From Bdellovibrionota bacterium (GTDB taxonomy: Bacteria > Bdellovibrionota_C > UBA2361), in assembly GCA_044352465.1 (NCBI GenBank), contig JBILDU010000019.1, positions 1 through 36,327 of the forward strand: DNA of 36,327 nucleotides, read 5' to 3'. Shown here piece by piece: positions 34,234 to 36,327 of this stretch. How positions within the stretch are numbered: the first letter of the stretch is position 1; each line of letters opens with the position of its first letter. The notes below the pieces were generated by a model. It did no database searches and was not told the DNA's origin. It saw only the letters and a program-made list of their open reading frames with translations. Position numbers and translations under genes: made by a program.

Positions 34234-34572
34234 ATGAACAACCACCGTGATCTCACCGCTGCAAACTCCCCGGACTTCTCGCCGGTGTGTATCCTTTTTA
34301 GCGATGAGGTGATTAATGAGCTTTTCGCTGAGCTCCTCGCCGTACGGGGAGTTGAGGCGTGTATCGTCCACTCAATAAAGGCGGTTCCGGAACATGCACG
34401 GATTATCACCGAGCCTCATTTTTTCCCTGAGATTCCCGCCGCGATGCGCCACCACTGTCTCCTCGTGGGCAACAAAGACGCGCTGAAAGGGCTTCCAACC
34501 TACGCACTTTCCCGCCCTCTTACCGAGGAAAAGATCGAAACAGCGCTGGGGCAACTCCTCGGCGCCCGCTAG
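34234..34572 (+). CDS. Hypothetical protein, likely degenerate (pseudo-)receiver domain
   Basis: VCILFSDEVINELFAELLAVRGVEACIV...IITE...LLVG...LSRPLTEEKIETALGQLL follows the REC beta/alpha pattern. Confidence 0.6.
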   Translation: MNNHRDLTAANSPDFSPVCILFSDEVINELFAELLAVRGVEACIVHSIKAVPEHARIITEPHFFPEIPAAMRHHCLLVGNKDALKGLPTYALSRPLTEEKIETALGQLLGAR

Positions 34573-34669
34573 GCTCTCCCGCGAGGGTATAAGGATGACC
34601 ACAAGACTCCGGCCGCGCGAGTGCGCGCCAAGGTTTTGAGCAAAGGACTTTTTACTGCGCCTCGGACGC

Positions 34670-35569
34670 TCACTCGGCGCGCTTCTCAATTCGGAGGGTC
34701 TGCCCACAGACGACACGCTCACCGGGCGGAATAACAACCGGCTCTCCGACGCTCCCCGCTTCGACGCACACGAAGTGGGTATAGTCGTCCGGGGCAAGGT
34801 CGGTGAAGCTCGGCGTTTTATCTTGCCACGGGTTCCAGACGACGACATCACGGAGGTTCTGCTTCATAAGTCGCAGACTCTCCTCACCCCGAACCCCACC
34901 GACCAGCAGTTCATCGGGGGCCCCGAGGTAAATTCGGTCAACAAATCTATCGATCGGGAGGACGGCACCACTCTCACGGTGTCGCGCTCCCCCCGCAACC
35001 TTATCGAGGTACTCGCGGTCGAGTAGACCCATCACACCGACCGTGCGGATATCTTCTACTTTCAGATATGTATGAAAGAGGTAGGAGCATTCCCAGGGGT
35101 GCTCGTCGGTGTTCTCGATCCACAGCTCGGTCGAGAGGGTGTCGGTCAAGGTAACGGTAAGATCGAGCCTAAATTTATGGGGCCATACGGCCCGGGTCTC
35201 CGCCGAATCGTTGAGCGAAACGGTCACACTACTCTGCCCCCGGTTTGCATCGCTCCCCACCACCGCCCACAGCGAGGTACGAGCAAACCCGTGGGCAACG
35301 ATCGGTCCCGCGCCGAATTGGGGGAAGACGATCGGTACCCCACCCCGGATCGCCTTCCCTGGCCTGAAGAGCGCCTGCGAGCTTAAAAATAGCCGTTCGA
35401 CCGCGTCAGGGGTGCGCCACGACAAGAGGTGCCCGCCGTAAAGGGAGAGCCGCGCCGCCGCACCTCGCTCCGTGCGTAAATTCACGCACACCAGGTCTCC
35501 GTGATCGCGCGCGAAAGAGACCGCCTCCTCCCGCCCAAATTTGGCCTGAAGCTCTTCAATGATACTCAT
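34670..35569 (-). CDS. D-hexose-6-phosphate mutarotase (aldose 1-epimerase family, YeaD-like)
   Basis: GGHLLSW, KAIRGGVPIVFPQFG, HGFAR, FHTYL, VVWNPW, FVCVE. Confidence 0.93.
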   Translation of the reverse strand: MSIIEELQAKFGREEAVSFARDHGDLVCVNLRTERGAAARLSLYGGHLLSWRTPDAVERLFLSSQALFRPGKAIRGGVPIVFPQFGAGPIVAHGFARTSLWAVVGSDANRGQSSVTVSLNDSAETRAVWPHKFRLDLTVTLTDTLSTELWIENTDEHPWECSYLFHTYLKVEDIRTVGVMGLLDREYLDKVAGGARHRESGAVLPIDRFVDRIYLGAPDELLVGGVRGEESLRLMKQNLRDVVVWNPWQDKTPSFTDLAPDDYTHFVCVEAGSVGEPVVIPPGERVVCGQTLRIEKRAE

Positions 35570-36327
35570 TCCGTTTTGCCTCTCGAACCCCCAAGCGTCT
35601 TGAGGAGCGCCAACCGCTCTCCGATATTTTTCTCGTACCCTCGCTCCGATGGCACGTAAAACACCTCATCCCGGCATTCATCAGGGAGGTACTGAACTCC
35701 GGGCACGTATGCTGCCGACGAATCGTGTGGGTACTCGTATTCAGCGCCGTAGCCAAGGGTACGCATCAACTTCGTCGGGGCGTTGCGGAGATGAAGCGGC
35801 ACCGTGACGACAGCGTGTTGCCGGACCGCATCAAGCGCCTTGTGCATCGCCGCATAGCTTCGATTCGACTTCGGTGCGGTGGCGAGGTAGGTGATACACT
35901 GCGCGATGGGTATACGCCCCTCAGGGAGTCCGAGCTGCTCGAACGCCGCTGAGGTCGCAACGGCCAACTCGAGCGCCCGGGGATCCGCGTTCCCGATATC
36001 CTCACTGGCGAAAATGACCATCCGGCGAATCACGAAACGGGGGTCCTCGCCCGCTTCAAGCATGCGCATCCCCCAAAAGAGGGCGCCATCGGGATCGCTA
36101 CCTCGGAGACTCTTTATGAAGGCTGAGATCGTATTGTAGTGCTCCTCACCGGAGCGATCGTAGAGTGCGGTCGGCGCATCGCGGAGTAGCTCGGCCAAAC
36201 GGGGCACGGTAATCGGGGCACTCCGCTCTGCGGGCGGGCGAAGCGCGACGACACGCTCGATCAGGTTGAGGAGCTTACGTGCATCCCCACCCGCGTAGCG
36301 AAAGAGCACCTCGGACGCCGGGGGCTC
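35566..36327 (-). CDS. rarA: Replication-associated recombination protein RarA/MgsA, 5'-truncated by the window edge
   Basis: GDARKLLN, HYNTISAFIKSLRGSDPD, ASEDIGNADP, APKSN, VPLHLRNAPT, YEYPHD; frame open to the window end. Confidence 0.96.
   Translation of the reverse strand, partial: EPPASEVLFRYAGGDARKLLNLIERVVALRPPAERSAPITVPRLAELLRDAPTALYDRSGEEHYNTISAFIKSLRGSDPDGALFWGMRMLEAGEDPRFVIRRMVIFASEDIGNADPRALELAVATSAAFEQLGLPEGRIPIAQCITYLATAPKSNRSYAAMHKALDAVRQHAVVTVPLHLRNAPTKLMRTLGYGAEYEYPHDSSAAYVPGVQYLPDECRDEVFYVPSERGYEKNIGERLALLKTLGGSRGKTE

Noticed and set aside
1..36327. Prophage, transposon, integron or anti-phage defence system
   Set aside because: No integrase, transposase, attC-like, nuclease, toxin-antitoxin or reverse-transcriptase signatures seen; gene content is core or signalling

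Overview
A GC-rich (roughly 60% by eye) bacterial chromosomal segment of mostly core genes. It comes from a diderm (lptFG, OmpA), probably flagellated organism; a delta-proteobacterial or Bdellovibrionota-like origin is an inference only. It contains nadE, ymdB, ygfA, two tRNA-Gly, rpsU, lptF-lptG, rplM-rpsI, a priming glycosyltransferase, a yeaD-like mutarotase, a partial rarA, several two-component proteins, and a chemotaxis operon (Hpt-cheA-cheW-cheY-cheB-cheR-cheX) transcribed divergently from a split, soluble Aer-like receptor (PAS + MCP). I found no integrase, transposase, CRISPR array or defence island, and no clearly new multi-gene system. The most interesting signals are smaller: (1) six identically spaced sigma28-like promoters that outline a dispersed motility regulon, including a 109-aa ORF resembling a flagellin C-terminus; (2) two intergenic rod-like RNA structures with shared motifs, one at the usual 6S RNA position; (3) a (TCCAGGG)7 array between the tRNAs; (4) a triple-ACTAGT nested inverted repeat; (5) an IF1-like small protein; (6) bS21 with a GGDR-repeat N-terminal extension; (7) a stand-alone P1 domain in frame with cheA. 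All family assignments come from motif recognition by eye; no searches were run.
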